Below are positions 49,722 through 60,081 of a stretch of 64,000 bases of DNA, piece after piece. The number at the start of each line of letters is the position of its first letter. Positions within the stretch are counted from its first letter, which is position 1. Position numbers and translations under genes: made by a program. Below the pieces are notes generated by a model that worked only from the letters and a program-made list of their open reading frames with translations, did not search any database and was not told where the DNA came from. This stretch comes from a virus. Location of the stretch: the IMG/VR virus record IMGVR_UViG_3300046096_000285, positions 9,795-73,794 of that record. The stretch is one strand, 5' to 3'.

Positions 49722-52163
49722 ATGGGTAAATCAATTATGGAGATCCTTGCCGCTCTCCCGCCAGAAGAGCGCGAAGAAGCACTGCAAGGCATGGATCCAG
49801 AACAGCTTCTCTGGGACTGGTCTGTTTGGGGTCGTCCCGAGCAGCAAGCTCCTGAAGGCGACTGGAACATCTGGCTCGTCTTAGCCGGACGTGGGTTTGG
49901 AAAAGCTTTAGACGTAAACACGCCAGTGCCGACCCCTATCGGTTGGTCAACGATGGGCGAATTGCGCCCAGGTGATCGTGTCCTAGGTGCGGATGGTAAA
50001 CCGACAATGGTAACATTCCATACTGGTGAACAATTCAACCGCACCTGCTACCGCATAACCTTTAGCGATGGGGCTCAAGTAGTTGCTGATGCGGACCACC
50101 AGTGGACTGCCCGCGCCCGCAAAGATCGACGAGCTGCGCGAGAGTATCGTACTGTAACCACTCAGCAAATGCTCGACGAGGGCTTAACCATTGGTCAGGC
50201 TAATCCTGAAGCCAACTGGCAAATGCCGATCAATAAAGCATTGCACCTACCGGAAGTTGATTTACCAATCCACCCTTGGGTACTTGGCATATGGTTAGGC
50301 GATGGCTCGTCGTCAGCCGCTGAGGTGACTATGGGGCCAGAAGATATCGATGAGTTAAAAGCCTTAATGGCTGAAGTAGGCGAGCCTTTCAACGGTAAAC
50401 CGCGCTCTAAAGATGGCAAAACTTGGACTATTGGATTTGGTCAACGCTCCATGCGTGAACGTGCTCAGTCAGCCCAAGCGAGGCTACGAACGCTTGACGT
50501 GCTGAATAACAAACATATTCCAATGAGTTATTTGCGTGCTTCAGAGCAGCAACGCCGTGATCTGCTTGCCGGACTTATTGACTCAGATGGCCACTGCGAC
50601 CGCTCAACCGGAACTTTTGAAATAACAACCAACCGTGAAACACTGGCCTTAGATGTAGCTGAGCTAGTTCGCTCACTCGGATACCGCGCCAATATAGTTA
50701 CTGGTAGAGCTACCATATACGGCAAAGATTGTGGCGCAAAGTATCGCATTACGTGGACAACCCGATCGGGCGGTGGCTGGCTAAAGCGTAAGCAGCTATC
50801 AGATCGCAACCACCTAGGACAGCCTAACCGAAGTACTACCCGCTATGTTCATAACATAGAGTTGGTAGAGTCACGCCCTGTCTGTTGCATCACCGTAGAT
50901 AATGATGATGAGCTCTATCTTGTCGGCGAAGAGATGCTAGTCACCCACAATACCCGTCTGGCTTCAGAGTGGGTTCGCGAACAAGCGAAGTACACTAATA
51001 CTGGCCAACGCCGTTTCGCACTTGTTGCTCGTACTGCTGCTGACGTACGTGACGTTATCGTTGAAGGTGAGTCGGGCATTATGAATGTCACTCCGCCATC
51101 CGAGAAGCCCCTCTATGAGCCTTCGAAGCGTCGTCTAACTTGGCCTAACGGAAATACCGCCACACTGTTCACCGCTGATGAGCCTGACTCGCTTCGTGGC
51201 CCTCAGTTCACTCACGCATGGGGCGATGAGATCGCGGCTTGGCGTCAAACCCCGGATGCTGCGGGCATGACCGCGTTTGACAACCTCCGCGTTGGTACTC
51301 GTCTTGGTGCAAAGCCGAAGATTCTAGTTACCACCACCCCGAAGCGTACCCCCCTTCTCTACAAGCTCATTGAAGAAGCAGCCACCGGCCGAGTCTCCAT
51401 CACCCGCGGTTCAACTATGGACAACGCCGGAAACCTTTCAGGTGCATACATGGACACCATGCTTGGCGTTTACGAGGGAACCTCTCTTGCTCGTCAGGAG
51501 CTCTACGGTGAAATGCTTGAAGCCATGGAGGGTGCTCTCTGGACTGAAGAGTCTATTGAAGCTGGACGAGAGATCCAGTATCCTTTCTCTACACCTCTAC
51601 GAGTAATCGGCGTTGACCCGAGCGTTGCCGAGAACCCGCGAGATGAATGTGGAATCGTTGTTGTTGCCTCTACCGCAGATAATGATCTTTACAAGCGCAA
51701 TGCTTGGGTACTAGAAGATGCTTCTGTACTCGGAAGCCCGGATGTCTGGGCAAATCAAGTTGTCAAGATGGCGAGGAAGTGGGGTTGCCCAGTTGTTGCA
51801 GAAGTTAACCAGGGCGGTGCGTTGGTTCGCAATGCCATCAATACCATTGACCCAACAATTAAAGTCCTTGAAGTCCACTCAAAGCAGGGTAAAGCGCTTC
51901 GGGCTGAGCCTATTACTCTTGCGTACGAGCAAGGGCGAGTCCACCATGTTGGTCATCTGGCTGATCTTGAGTCTCAGATGATCTCCTGGGTTCCAGGCGA
52001 AGGAAAGTCTCCTGACCGCGTCGATGCACTTGTTCACGCGCTCACTGCCCTACTAATCAAGCCACCTCCTGGGTTCACCGGTGGAAAGATCCGAGCTAAG
52101 TCTCTTTCTGACCGCCGCCTACCTGACACTCGCCTAGGCCGAGGAACATTCCGAGTACGATGA
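49722..52163 (+). CDS. terL: Terminase large subunit containing an intein
   Basis: AGRGFGK|T Walker A, LRGPQF..AWGDE, TTTP, GVDP, EVNQGG, SPDRVDA. Confidence 0.95.
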   Translation: MGKSIMEILAALPPEEREEALQGMDPEQLLWDWSVWGRPEQQAPEGDWNIWLVLAGRGFGKALDVNTPVPTPIGWSTMGELRPGDRVLGADGKPTMVTFHTGEQFNRTCYRITFSDGAQVVADADHQWTARARKDRRAAREYRTVTTQQMLDEGLTIGQANPEANWQMPINKALHLPEVDLPIHPWVLGIWLGDGSSSAAEVTMGPEDIDELKALMAEVGEPFNGKPRSKDGKTWTIGFGQRSMRERAQSAQARLRTLDVLNNKHIPMSYLRASEQQRRDLLAGLIDSDGHCDRSTGTFEITTNRETLALDVAELVRSLGYRANIVTGRATIYGKDCGAKYRITWTTRSGGGWLKRKQLSDRNHLGQPNRSTTRYVHNIELVESRPVCCITVDNDDELYLVGEEMLVTHNTRLASEWVREQAKYTNTGQRRFALVARTAADVRDVIVEGESGIMNVTPPSEKPLYEPSKRRLTWPNGNTATLFTADEPDSLRGPQFTHAWGDEIAAWRQTPDAAGMTAFDNLRVGTRLGAKPKILVTTTPKRTPLLYKLIEEAATGRVSITRGSTMDNAGNLSGAYMDTMLGVYEGTSLARQELYGEMLEAMEGALWTEESIEAGREIQYPFSTPLRVIGVDPSVAENPRDECGIVVVASTADNDLYKRNAWVLEDASVLGSPDVWANQVVKMARKWGCPVVAEVNQGGALVRNAINTIDPTIKVLEVHSKQGKALRAEPITLAYEQGRVHHVGHLADLESQMISWVPGEGKSPDRVDALVHALTALLIKPPPGFTGGKIRAKSLSDRRLPDTRLGRGTFRVR
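49905..50951 (+). mobile_element. Class 3 intein with LAGLIDADG endonuclease (349 aa)
   Basis: Starts ALDVNTP, DHQW, LGIWLGDG, LAGLIDSDG, VCCITV, VTHN/T. Confidence 0.9.
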
Positions 52164-52522
52164 AACTTATTAAAGATGTTTTCCCAGCTCACGTTGCTGT
52201 TGTTCCTGCCGGATTCACAGAGGATGTCACCGAGGTTCGCTCTATGCCGACTTCAGAGGGTGCCCATTATGTCGGGACGACTCGCGTTGTACTTACCTCT
52301 GACCTAATTGTGATTGCAGCTGATGGCCCACAGGGTCCAGTAATCATATTCCGCGAACCCTACACCGAGCTCATTCCAGAAACCTCCAAGGGAGCTGACA
52401 TGCGCATTATCACAACCTCTGGAAAGATTGTTGCCTTCAAAAAAGACACCAACTGCGGATGCGGTTCTCGCTTGCGTAGCTGGAATCCAATTAAGACTCT
52501 CAGCTCTACCAAGGACGAGTAA
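52160..52522 (+). CDS. Hypothetical protein
   Basis: CGCGSRLRSW; between terL and portal. Confidence 0.65.
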   Translation: MKLIKDVFPAHVAVVPAGFTEDVTEVRSMPTSEGAHYVGTTRVVLTSDLIVIAADGPQGPVIIFREPYTELIPETSKGADMRIITTSGKIVAFKKDTNCGCGSRLRSWNPIKTLSSTKDE

Positions 52523-52809
52523 TGCCAGTAGACCCGTTTACGTTTGTTCTGCTCACGCTAGCCACCTACCGCCTAACTAGGCTCTTTCTTCTTGACGAAA
52601 TCTTCTCTCCACTGCGCGAGTTTATCTGGAAGAAGTTCCCACCCCACACAAAGCTAGGCTACCTATTCACCTGCTTCTGGTGCTTCGGTTTATGGGCGTC
52701 TATACTAGTAGTAGTGCTCTATTTACTGGTCCCGACATTTGCGTATGTGGTATCATTAGTACTATCTATCTCCGCACTTGTTGGGATAGTATCCTCTCGT
52801 ATGGATTGA
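52522..52809 (+). CDS. DUF1360-like membrane protein
   Basis: ATYRLTRL...D.IF..LR...L.TC.WC.G.W. Confidence 0.8.
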   Translation: MPVDPFTFVLLTLATYRLTRLFLLDEIFSPLREFIWKKFPPHTKLGYLFTCFWCFGLWASILVVVLYLLVPTFAYVVSLVLSISALVGIVSSRMD

Positions 52810-52822
52810 CAGGGAGACCCTC

Positions 52823-54589
52823 TTGGGAATTTTTAAGCGTAGCTCCGCCCAGCAGCCAAAAGCTGCTAATCGCCAGCAAGGTCTTCGTGCCTCTGCTGCC
52901 CGTAACGCTACTCAGGTAGGCCCTGGCATCTCAGTAGACTCGTTCGGTGTAATTCGTGCAGAACCTGCAGTCTTCTCTAGCCCACGCCCTCTAACTGCAG
53001 CTGCTGCTCAGATTAAGATTGGCGACAAGGGCGAGGCCGAGTCATTTAAATCTCGCCGCCAGTCTGCCTCTACCGCGTGGCAGTCAGAAGCGTGGGAGTA
53101 CTACGATGCAATTGGTGAAATTAAATATGCTTTTAACCTTGTGGCGTCTGTCGTATCGCGTATCCGACTTTACGCAGCTGTTCTAGACGATCCAGCCGAG
53201 GCTCCAGTCCCAGTTAACAAGTCAAAGAAGATCGAGGGCGACCTTGCAGCTGCTGCAGAGCGTGCCCTAGGCCGTCTTGACTCTGCCTATGGAGGCCAGG
53301 CTGGTCTTCTTAAGGACGCTGCCCTAAACCTCCAGGTTACTGGCGAGTGCTACCTTGTTCAGGTTCCAGAGCGTATCGGCTCTCAGCTCCCTGAATCATG
53401 GGACATCCGCTCAGTTGATGAGCTTCAGGTTGACCAGAAGGGCAACTACATTATCAATGCCCGCCGTGGTGTTGGTGGCTCTTCTTCGATGAATGTCTCT
53501 AAGGACACCATCAAGCTTCCAAAGGATGCGTTCATTGGACGCGTATGGAAGGCTCACCCACGCTATAGCCAGGAGTCTGACAGCTCACTACGCGGCCTTC
53601 TAGACCTTTGTGCGGAACTACTACTCTTGAACCGTACTTTCCGTGCTACGGCCCGTTCTCGCCTCAATGCAGGTGCCCTCTACTTGCCAGACGGTCTATC
53701 AGTTGCTGCGTCTCCAGACCCAGATTATCCGTATGATGAAGATGGCGAATACAATGAGCAGTACAACATTGAAGAAGCTGCTGACGACTTTGAAGACCAG
53801 CTTATCGATGCGATGACCACTCCAATCAAGGATGAGGACTCAGCTTCTGCTGTTGTTCCTCTAATCATCCGCGGTCCTGCAGACCTTGGCGACAAGATCA
53901 AGCAGTTCAAGTTCGAGCGTTCATTTGACGACTCTCTTGTTGTTCGTGCTGACCGTGTTCTTGAGCGCATCATGCAGGGTCTAGACGTTCCTAAGGACGT
54001 TGTCTCTGGTATGGCTAACGTTAAGTACTCAAACGCTCTACAGATCGACGAGTCACTTTACAAGGCACACATTGAACCTCTAATGCTGCTCATTGTTGAC
54101 GCGCTTACTGTTGTCTACCTACGCCCTTACCTAATCGCTAATGGCTACGACAAGGCAGATGTTAACCGCCTCCACATTTGGTATGACCCATCGGCTGTTG
54201 CTACTCGTAACGACCGTGCAGCAGATGCAGATGCAGGCTTCGACAAGATGGCTGTATCATTTGACACATGGCGTCGCACCCATGGCTTCTCAGACCAGGA
54301 TGCACCAGACCCTACAGAGCTTGCACTTCGCATCGTTCTAAACAAGGGTGCTGTTACCCCTGAGCTAACTCAAGCCTTGCTTACTGCAGTTGCTCCGGAT
54401 GTTATGAACATGACCCGCGACATTCAGCAGCAGCAGTCAGCAGCACCAATCCCACCTGCTCTAGACCAGCTACTAACTCAGGCAACCGGAACTCCAGGTG
54501 CCCCTGCGGCTCCAGGCGCAGCTCCAGAAGTTGCCCCCGCCGATGCCGGACTAGCAGAACCCACCGCACCAACAACACCAGGAGCCTAA
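52823..54589 (+). CDS. Portal protein
   Basis: WQ.EAW.YYD.IGE, size and position after terL. Confidence 0.8.
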   Translation: MGIFKRSSAQQPKAANRQQGLRASAARNATQVGPGISVDSFGVIRAEPAVFSSPRPLTAAAAQIKIGDKGEAESFKSRRQSASTAWQSEAWEYYDAIGEIKYAFNLVASVVSRIRLYAAVLDDPAEAPVPVNKSKKIEGDLAAAAERALGRLDSAYGGQAGLLKDAALNLQVTGECYLVQVPERIGSQLPESWDIRSVDELQVDQKGNYIINARRGVGGSSSMNVSKDTIKLPKDAFIGRVWKAHPRYSQESDSSLRGLLDLCAELLLLNRTFRATARSRLNAGALYLPDGLSVAASPDPDYPYDEDGEYNEQYNIEEAADDFEDQLIDAMTTPIKDEDSASAVVPLIIRGPADLGDKIKQFKFERSFDDSLVVRADRVLERIMQGLDVPKDVVSGMANVKYSNALQIDESLYKAHIEPLMLLIVDALTVVYLRPYLIANGYDKADVNRLHIWYDPSAVATRNDRAADADAGFDKMAVSFDTWRRTHGFSDQDAPDPTELALRIVLNKGAVTPELTQALLTAVAPDVMNMTRDIQQQQSAAPIPPALDQLLTQATGTPGAPAAPGAAPEVAPADAGLAEPTAPTTPGA

Positions 54590-54595
54590 TCCAAT

Positions 54596-55120
54596 ATGAA
54601 TGAATACATCGACGTCCCACTAGACGAGACCGTTATGCCAATTGAAGAAATGCACGAAATTAAGCCAGAGCAGTCAGGTATGGATCTAGCTATCCTTCTT
54701 GCTCGCGCTGTTGCAGACTCTACAGTAGCGGCCAACATTGCTCACGGATATCACTGGAATGTTATGGGCCCAGACTTCAATGAGTATCACGAGTTCTTCG
54801 GCGAGATCTATGAAGATATCGATGCTTCAATTGATGACACTGCAGAGAGCATCCTTAAGCTAGGTCACGAAGCGCCATACCTTCTAACCGACTTCCTAGA
54901 GCTGACCTCTATTCACGAAGAACGTATTGATGGCGGAAACACTATTGCAATGCTTGAATCTCTACACCGAGTAAATGGAATCCTTATTGGGAAGTTCAAC
55001 GAGATCTTTGCTGTTGCAAATGATATCAACCGTCAGGACATTGCTAACTACGCAGCTGACCGTTTGACAGCGCTACAGAAGCACGCATGGCAGATCAAGG
55101 CTTCTCTAGGCATTCGCTAA
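54596..55120 (+). CDS. dps: Dps/ferritin-like protein
   Basis: HGYHWNV.G.DF...H.FF.E.Y...D..AE, K.AW. Confidence 0.88.
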   Translation: MNEYIDVPLDETVMPIEEMHEIKPEQSGMDLAILLARAVADSTVAANIAHGYHWNVMGPDFNEYHEFFGEIYEDIDASIDDTAESILKLGHEAPYLLTDFLELTSIHEERIDGGNTIAMLESLHRVNGILIGKFNEIFAVANDINRQDIANYAADRLTALQKHAWQIKASLGIR

Positions 55121-55126
55121 ACTTAA

Positions 55127-55164
55127 AAAAGTAACCCCCGGCCTACCCGCCGGGGTTATTTTTT
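55127..55164 (+). terminator. Rho-independent terminator
   Basis: TAACCCC(C)GGC...GCCGGGGTTA then T tract. Confidence 0.75.
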
Positions 55165-55268
55165 ACCTTAATCCAAATAACATACCCCAGTCTTCTGTAA
55201 ACTTTTAGTAGGCTATTTGTAGCACGAAAACTTTACCGCAGTGTCAGCGTTCAAAAAGAAGGATACGC

Positions 55269-58190
55269 ATGTCTTATCTAGACAAATTTAACCCAGAAAC
55301 CATTCTTGCAGGAATCGGATTTAACGATGGAGCAAACAACGGCTTCTGGCGTGTACAACCGCGTCTAAAGTTTGGTAAGGGTGCTGGCCAGTGGATTGAG
55401 ATGGGTGCCGAGCTTCGTGCTGCATTCAAGATCAATGGCAAGGTCTCTAGTGTTCCTGGTCGCTCAGCTGGTTCTGGCGGAACCCCTGACACCGTACGTC
55501 TTCTAGTTCAGAACATGAGCGACAAGGGTATTCCTGATGGCATCTACGAAGTCAAGACCAAGCACGTTGAGCTAATTGGTGCTACTCTTCCAGAGAGCTA
55601 CCTAAAGTCAAAGGGCATCAAGACTGAAGGCAACGCTGACAACCTTGGCGGACTGACTGACGCTGCTGATATCCCAGAGCTAAAGGATATGAACACCGCT
55701 CCAATTACTCCAGATGACATCCGTCTTGTTAACGACGGTATCAACTCTCCAGAGGGCCGTGAGCAGTCTGCTTTCAAGGAGTCACCAGAAGGTAAGGCTA
55801 TTGCCCAGCTTCCAGAAGATGCCGCCGAGCCGATGTCTGGCAATGAAGCCATTGACCAGGCTACTGAGCCAGGTGCATTTATGGACCAGGAACGTCAGCT
55901 ATGGAATAAGACATCAGATCTTATGGACCAGATGATTAAGCTTGACTCATCTGACCCTAAGAACCTTCCAGAGCTAGAGCGCCTCTCCGCTGAGTATGAA
56001 AAGGCTCAGGCTGAGTACGATGCTATTGCTGGCGACATGCACAATGCGCAGGACATCGAGCACCTGGTTGACTACGCTCTAAACAAGGCTGGCAACGACG
56101 AGCCAGTTAATGTAGATGAGATCATCTCGATGGCTAAGGCTTCAGTATCCGACAAGAAGACTCCTGTTTCTCAGCTGAAGGGTATGAAGACAACCGCCAA
56201 GCCTGCATCTATGGAGCCTGGCGACATTTTCAACGACCGTGGCACCGACTATGTATTCGAAGCACCTGGCGAGCGCGACCGCGTATCTAAGACCCAGACT
56301 GTGTTTGCTAAGGACTACAACACCGGCGAGTCTAAGGAAATTCTTCTTGACACTGACGTTGCTACTCCTGTTTTCCGCCCTGACGCAGTTCAGCCAGAGC
56401 CTAAGGCTCCAGAAGCCCCTAAGGCCGCTAAGGTAGCAGAGCTTCCTAAGGCTCCAGAGGCTGCTCCAGCTCCAGAAGCTCCTAAGGCACCGGAAGCTAC
56501 TCCAACTCCAACTCCGGAGGTGCCTGCAGCTCCAAAGCCAAAGAAGGCTGCTAAGACTGACAAGACTGGAACTAAGGGAAACAAGGCTACGCCTGCCCCT
56601 ACTCCAGAGCTAGACCAGACCACTCCTGAAGCTAAGGCAATTGATGCTGGACGCGAGGATAAGGGTCAGGACATTGACTTCTCCCCTATCTCAGATGAGG
56701 AACTATTCGGTCGCAAGCTAGATACCAAGGGGTCTAAGTCTGGTGCCGACGCTATCGTTGAGCAGCTACTTAAGGACTACCCTGACGCCGCTGTAACCCC
56801 AGACGGCACTATTGTTCTGGAGCGTCGTAAGTTCACTGATTCTAACGGCAAGACCTACACCATGGAAAGCCGTGTCAACCGTACCGAAGGCAACCAGTTC
56901 ATGGTTAGCCAGAAGGTAACTGATGAAAATGGCGAGTCTACCGAGTACTTCCAGTACGACTACAAGGATTCGTACTCAGCTATTCACGGTAAGACTAATG
57001 GTATTCGCCGCATGAGCCGTATCCTTGCTGGTGAAGAGTCTCCTCTACAGGAGAAGCTACTTTCTGGTAAGAAGGCTGGACAGCCAAACCCTAACTACCT
57101 AAAGCACTTTGGACCTGGCACCAACCTAGCTGACCGTCTCGGCTACTTCCGTGACAAGTTTAACGACAAGGCTGGAAACAAGAACCTGCAGGAATACCGC
57201 CTACTAACTCTTCCAGAGATGACCAACCGTATTCTTGATGGTCGCGACCGTACCTTCAACCCAAGCCTCTCTAACAACCAGATTGGTAACGTTCAGCGTA
57301 GTTTCATCCAGAGCTTCTGGGAAGCAGCTAAGAACAAGGACAGCATCGGCATGGCCGAAGTTATGTCTGGCCTCATGGGACGCCTGCCTGACAATGAGTC
57401 ATCTCGTCAGCTAGCTCTTGCAGCAGTTCGTGCTGGAGTCAAGAAGAACCTTCCTGACGCAAACAAGAAGGAACTATCTGGATTTGTAACTGCTGCGTAC
57501 GCTGCAATGGTCAAGAAGTATGACTTCCGTAACCAGGTTCGCCCGCCGCACGTTTCAGGCGATGGAATCACTCCGGTTGAGGCTGGACAGTTCGTAGCAT
57601 GGTACAACAATGAAGGTGACCGCTCAGTTGGTTTCGTTGCTAACCTAGTAGAACGTGTTGGCTCTGGTGCTGGTCCTAATGAGTATACCGACGCAGCATA
57701 CGTCATCTTCGGTGACGGAACTCGCCGTAAGCTTGTGACCAAGAACATGGATATTATTGAAGCTGGTCACGCTTCTGACCTGACCTCATACAAGGGCTGG
57801 ATCACCAAGGAAGAGAAGCTAGTTCGCCGTGGATTTGACCCGAACATCTATGCAGTTGCAGACAATAAGCGCCAAGCTGCTGACCTTGCAGACCAGGGCT
57901 TCAACCCAGCAACTAACGCTGCTAACCCTAACCTTGGAACTCAGGGTAACGAGGATGCAAAGGTTACTAAGGCAGACAAGACTGTAAAGCCTGCAGCTGA
58001 CCTAATTACTGGTGACGGCATCTTCGACAATGACTTCACTAAGGTTGGTACCGTTATGGACACCGACCTAACTGAAATCGATGGTCAGCCAGTTGTTGTA
58101 GTCACCTACCGTGACCTTAAGACTAACGAAGTCAAAACTGTTGGATATCTTCCAGAGCAGATGGTTGGTGGCCAGGGCCCAAAAGCCTAA
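55269..58190 (+). CDS. Large head-region protein (973 aa), probable frameshift donor
   Basis: N-terminal QPR...GQW motif; APEAPK linker; ends at slippery site. Confidence 0.75.
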   Translation: MSYLDKFNPETILAGIGFNDGANNGFWRVQPRLKFGKGAGQWIEMGAELRAAFKINGKVSSVPGRSAGSGGTPDTVRLLVQNMSDKGIPDGIYEVKTKHVELIGATLPESYLKSKGIKTEGNADNLGGLTDAADIPELKDMNTAPITPDDIRLVNDGINSPEGREQSAFKESPEGKAIAQLPEDAAEPMSGNEAIDQATEPGAFMDQERQLWNKTSDLMDQMIKLDSSDPKNLPELERLSAEYEKAQAEYDAIAGDMHNAQDIEHLVDYALNKAGNDEPVNVDEIISMAKASVSDKKTPVSQLKGMKTTAKPASMEPGDIFNDRGTDYVFEAPGERDRVSKTQTVFAKDYNTGESKEILLDTDVATPVFRPDAVQPEPKAPEAPKAAKVAELPKAPEAAPAPEAPKAPEATPTPTPEVPAAPKPKKAAKTDKTGTKGNKATPAPTPELDQTTPEAKAIDAGREDKGQDIDFSPISDEELFGRKLDTKGSKSGADAIVEQLLKDYPDAAVTPDGTIVLERRKFTDSNGKTYTMESRVNRTEGNQFMVSQKVTDENGESTEYFQYDYKDSYSAIHGKTNGIRRMSRILAGEESPLQEKLLSGKKAGQPNPNYLKHFGPGTNLADRLGYFRDKFNDKAGNKNLQEYRLLTLPEMTNRILDGRDRTFNPSLSNNQIGNVQRSFIQSFWEAAKNKDSIGMAEVMSGLMGRLPDNESSRQLALAAVRAGVKKNLPDANKKELSGFVTAAYAAMVKKYDFRNQVRPPHVSGDGITPVEAGQFVAWYNNEGDRSVGFVANLVERVGSGAGPNEYTDAAYVIFGDGTRRKLVTKNMDIIEAGHASDLTSYKGWITKEEKLVRRGFDPNIYAVADNKRQAADLADQGFNPATNAANPNLGTQGNEDAKVTKADKTVKPAADLITGDGIFDNDFTKVGTVMDTDLTEIDGQPVVVVTYRDLKTNEVKTVGYLPEQMVGGQGPKA

Positions 58191-59794
58191 AGCCTTCATC
58201 GGATAAGTCCGAAGGAGGCGACAAGCCGATAGTAGAACCAGTCGTAATTAAGCAATCGATCTCGACTGGCAAGGTAGACAATACCCCTATCAAAATCTCG
58301 TCGCCTCTATCGGATGCTCCAGCAGATAACACCCCGCTAAACATTGACCTGAGCTCTTTCAAGAAGCCAGCAGCGACAAACAACACACCAATCCCAATTG
58401 ACCTATCTAAGCTAACCCCTAAAACGGAGAAGACTTCCTCATATCTAGACAACGAGACCATTCTTTCGCTATATAACGGGCTAGATGATCACCTGCTAGG
58501 CGACTACTCTCCCGATGAGGTTCTACACTCTGACAACCTAAATACTGCAGCAGCTGCTATGCAGGATAAGCTGCAGAAGCTGATTGCCTCCGGCACTGCT
58601 GGCGAAGCTACTGTTAGCACCTTTAAGAATCTGTACAAAAAGCGTCTTCAGGATATTTTGAACTACAACAAGACACTTCAGGCTCGCTACTCAGGCGTTC
58701 GAGGTGAAGTTAAGAGCTACAAGCCAGAGATTTCTTCTGACCCTATTCTCACCCCTGCCGAGCTTGCCGAAATTAATGCTAATGTCCAGTTTGCCGACGA
58801 GGCCGGAGCTATTCATGAGTCGGTCGGTACCTACACCCGCAGGGCTAGTCAACAATACACACTGAACCAGCTACGCGCACTTCAAGCATCTGCTGACGAG
58901 TCTAATGCCGAAACCGAGCTAGCTGGGAACATCCCAGAAGGTTTCCAGCTCTACACACATGCTCAACACTGGGACGATAGAGTATCCGATCAGGCTAGTA
59001 ATAACGTGTCCAAGCGCGTTGCTACGGTCACATTGCTGTTTAAAACTCCGGGCCGATCCCCTAAGAATCTGTATAGCGACTTGGTCATTGTCCCTAGCGA
59101 TCCAAAATTGAAAGGCACTAGGTTCAATATTCAGCGATCCGGTAGCGGGCATGTTTTGTCCCCTAGTCAGCTAAAAGACGCTACTGAAGCTTTTACTGCA
59201 GCTGCTAAAAATATGGACCTATATAGCCCGGATGTAAATAATTGGAGCACCCCTGGCGTGCGCTATCAATTCGGGATCTTTAATGATGATCCAGAGTTTA
59301 GACCTAGTGGCGTCCTGGCTTATGCCAGCAACATCGGGTCAGTAGTTAGATTCCACACCAATAGAATCCAGCTTCACAGCTGGGATTTCGAGAACCAGCA
59401 CACTAACGGCGATAAAGAGCTAGAGCACCACTTCGCTGCAGAAGAAGCAATAAAAAATGGTGACCTAACCATGCTTCAGTACACACTCTTCCACGAGACT
59501 GGGCACATCTTGGAATACAAGCGCGTCCCTATTAACTCATGGTATCGCTACATGAAGAACCGTAAGCCAGCCCGCCGTTGGGCGCAGTACAAATCTGACT
59601 TTGGTGGTAACACCCCTATCAGCGGGTACTCTAAGGATTCCGAGGCAGAGCACATTGCCGAAGCTATTGCTAAGTATCTAGCTACCGGAGAAGCTTCTCC
59701 GCAATTTAGAGACTTCATGATTAAGTATGCAATTGCAAATGGCGGTCAGGATTTCGTTCAATTGCCTAAACCAGCTAGTGCTAACCAGAAATAG
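58184..59794 (+). CDS. -1 frame extension with zincin (HEXXH) metalloprotease-like domain
   Basis: Frame open from 58178 to 59794; FHETGH...ISGYS....EHIAEA. Confidence 0.72.
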   Translation, partial: SLKPSSDKSEGGDKPIVEPVVIKQSISTGKVDNTPIKISSPLSDAPADNTPLNIDLSSFKKPAATNNTPIPIDLSKLTPKTEKTSSYLDNETILSLYNGLDDHLLGDYSPDEVLHSDNLNTAAAAMQDKLQKLIASGTAGEATVSTFKNLYKKRLQDILNYNKTLQARYSGVRGEVKSYKPEISSDPILTPAELAEINANVQFADEAGAIHESVGTYTRRASQQYTLNQLRALQASADESNAETELAGNIPEGFQLYTHAQHWDDRVSDQASNNVSKRVATVTLLFKTPGRSPKNLYSDLVIVPSDPKLKGTRFNIQRSGSGHVLSPSQLKDATEAFTAAAKNMDLYSPDVNNWSTPGVRYQFGIFNDDPEFRPSGVLAYASNIGSVVRFHTNRIQLHSWDFENQHTNGDKELEHHFAAEEAIKNGDLTMLQYTLFHETGHILEYKRVPINSWYRYMKNRKPARRWAQYKSDFGGNTPISGYSKDSEAEHIAEAIAKYLATGEASPQFRDFMIKYAIANGGQDFVQLPKPASANQK

Positions 59795-59810
59795 GGTATA
59801 GACTTTTATC

Positions 59811-59996
59811 ATGGCTGAAGAAAACTATACTGATAACCCAGAACTCTGGATCCGCACCATTACGGAGACCACTGGCACCCGTGAGATTATCGAAGACCTT
59901 AGTCTTCTCAGCGACGAGGAGCTCATGGAAAAGGCTAATGACTACCCAGAACTGGAACAGCTAGTCATAAATCGCAGACTGAAGCGCTTTCTTTAG
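59811..59996 (+). CDS. Small hypothetical protein
   Basis: ORF directly after zincin domain. Confidence 0.5.
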   Translation: MAEENYTDNPELWIRTITETTGTREIIEDLSLLSDEELMEKANDYPELEQLVINRRLKRFL

Positions 59997-60081
59997 TCGC
60001 TATCTCTGTTTTAAGGTAAAATTGTCTTAGGCGTGTCTCTATTATGCGCCTAGACCTACATGAGGAAAGAACAACATACAC

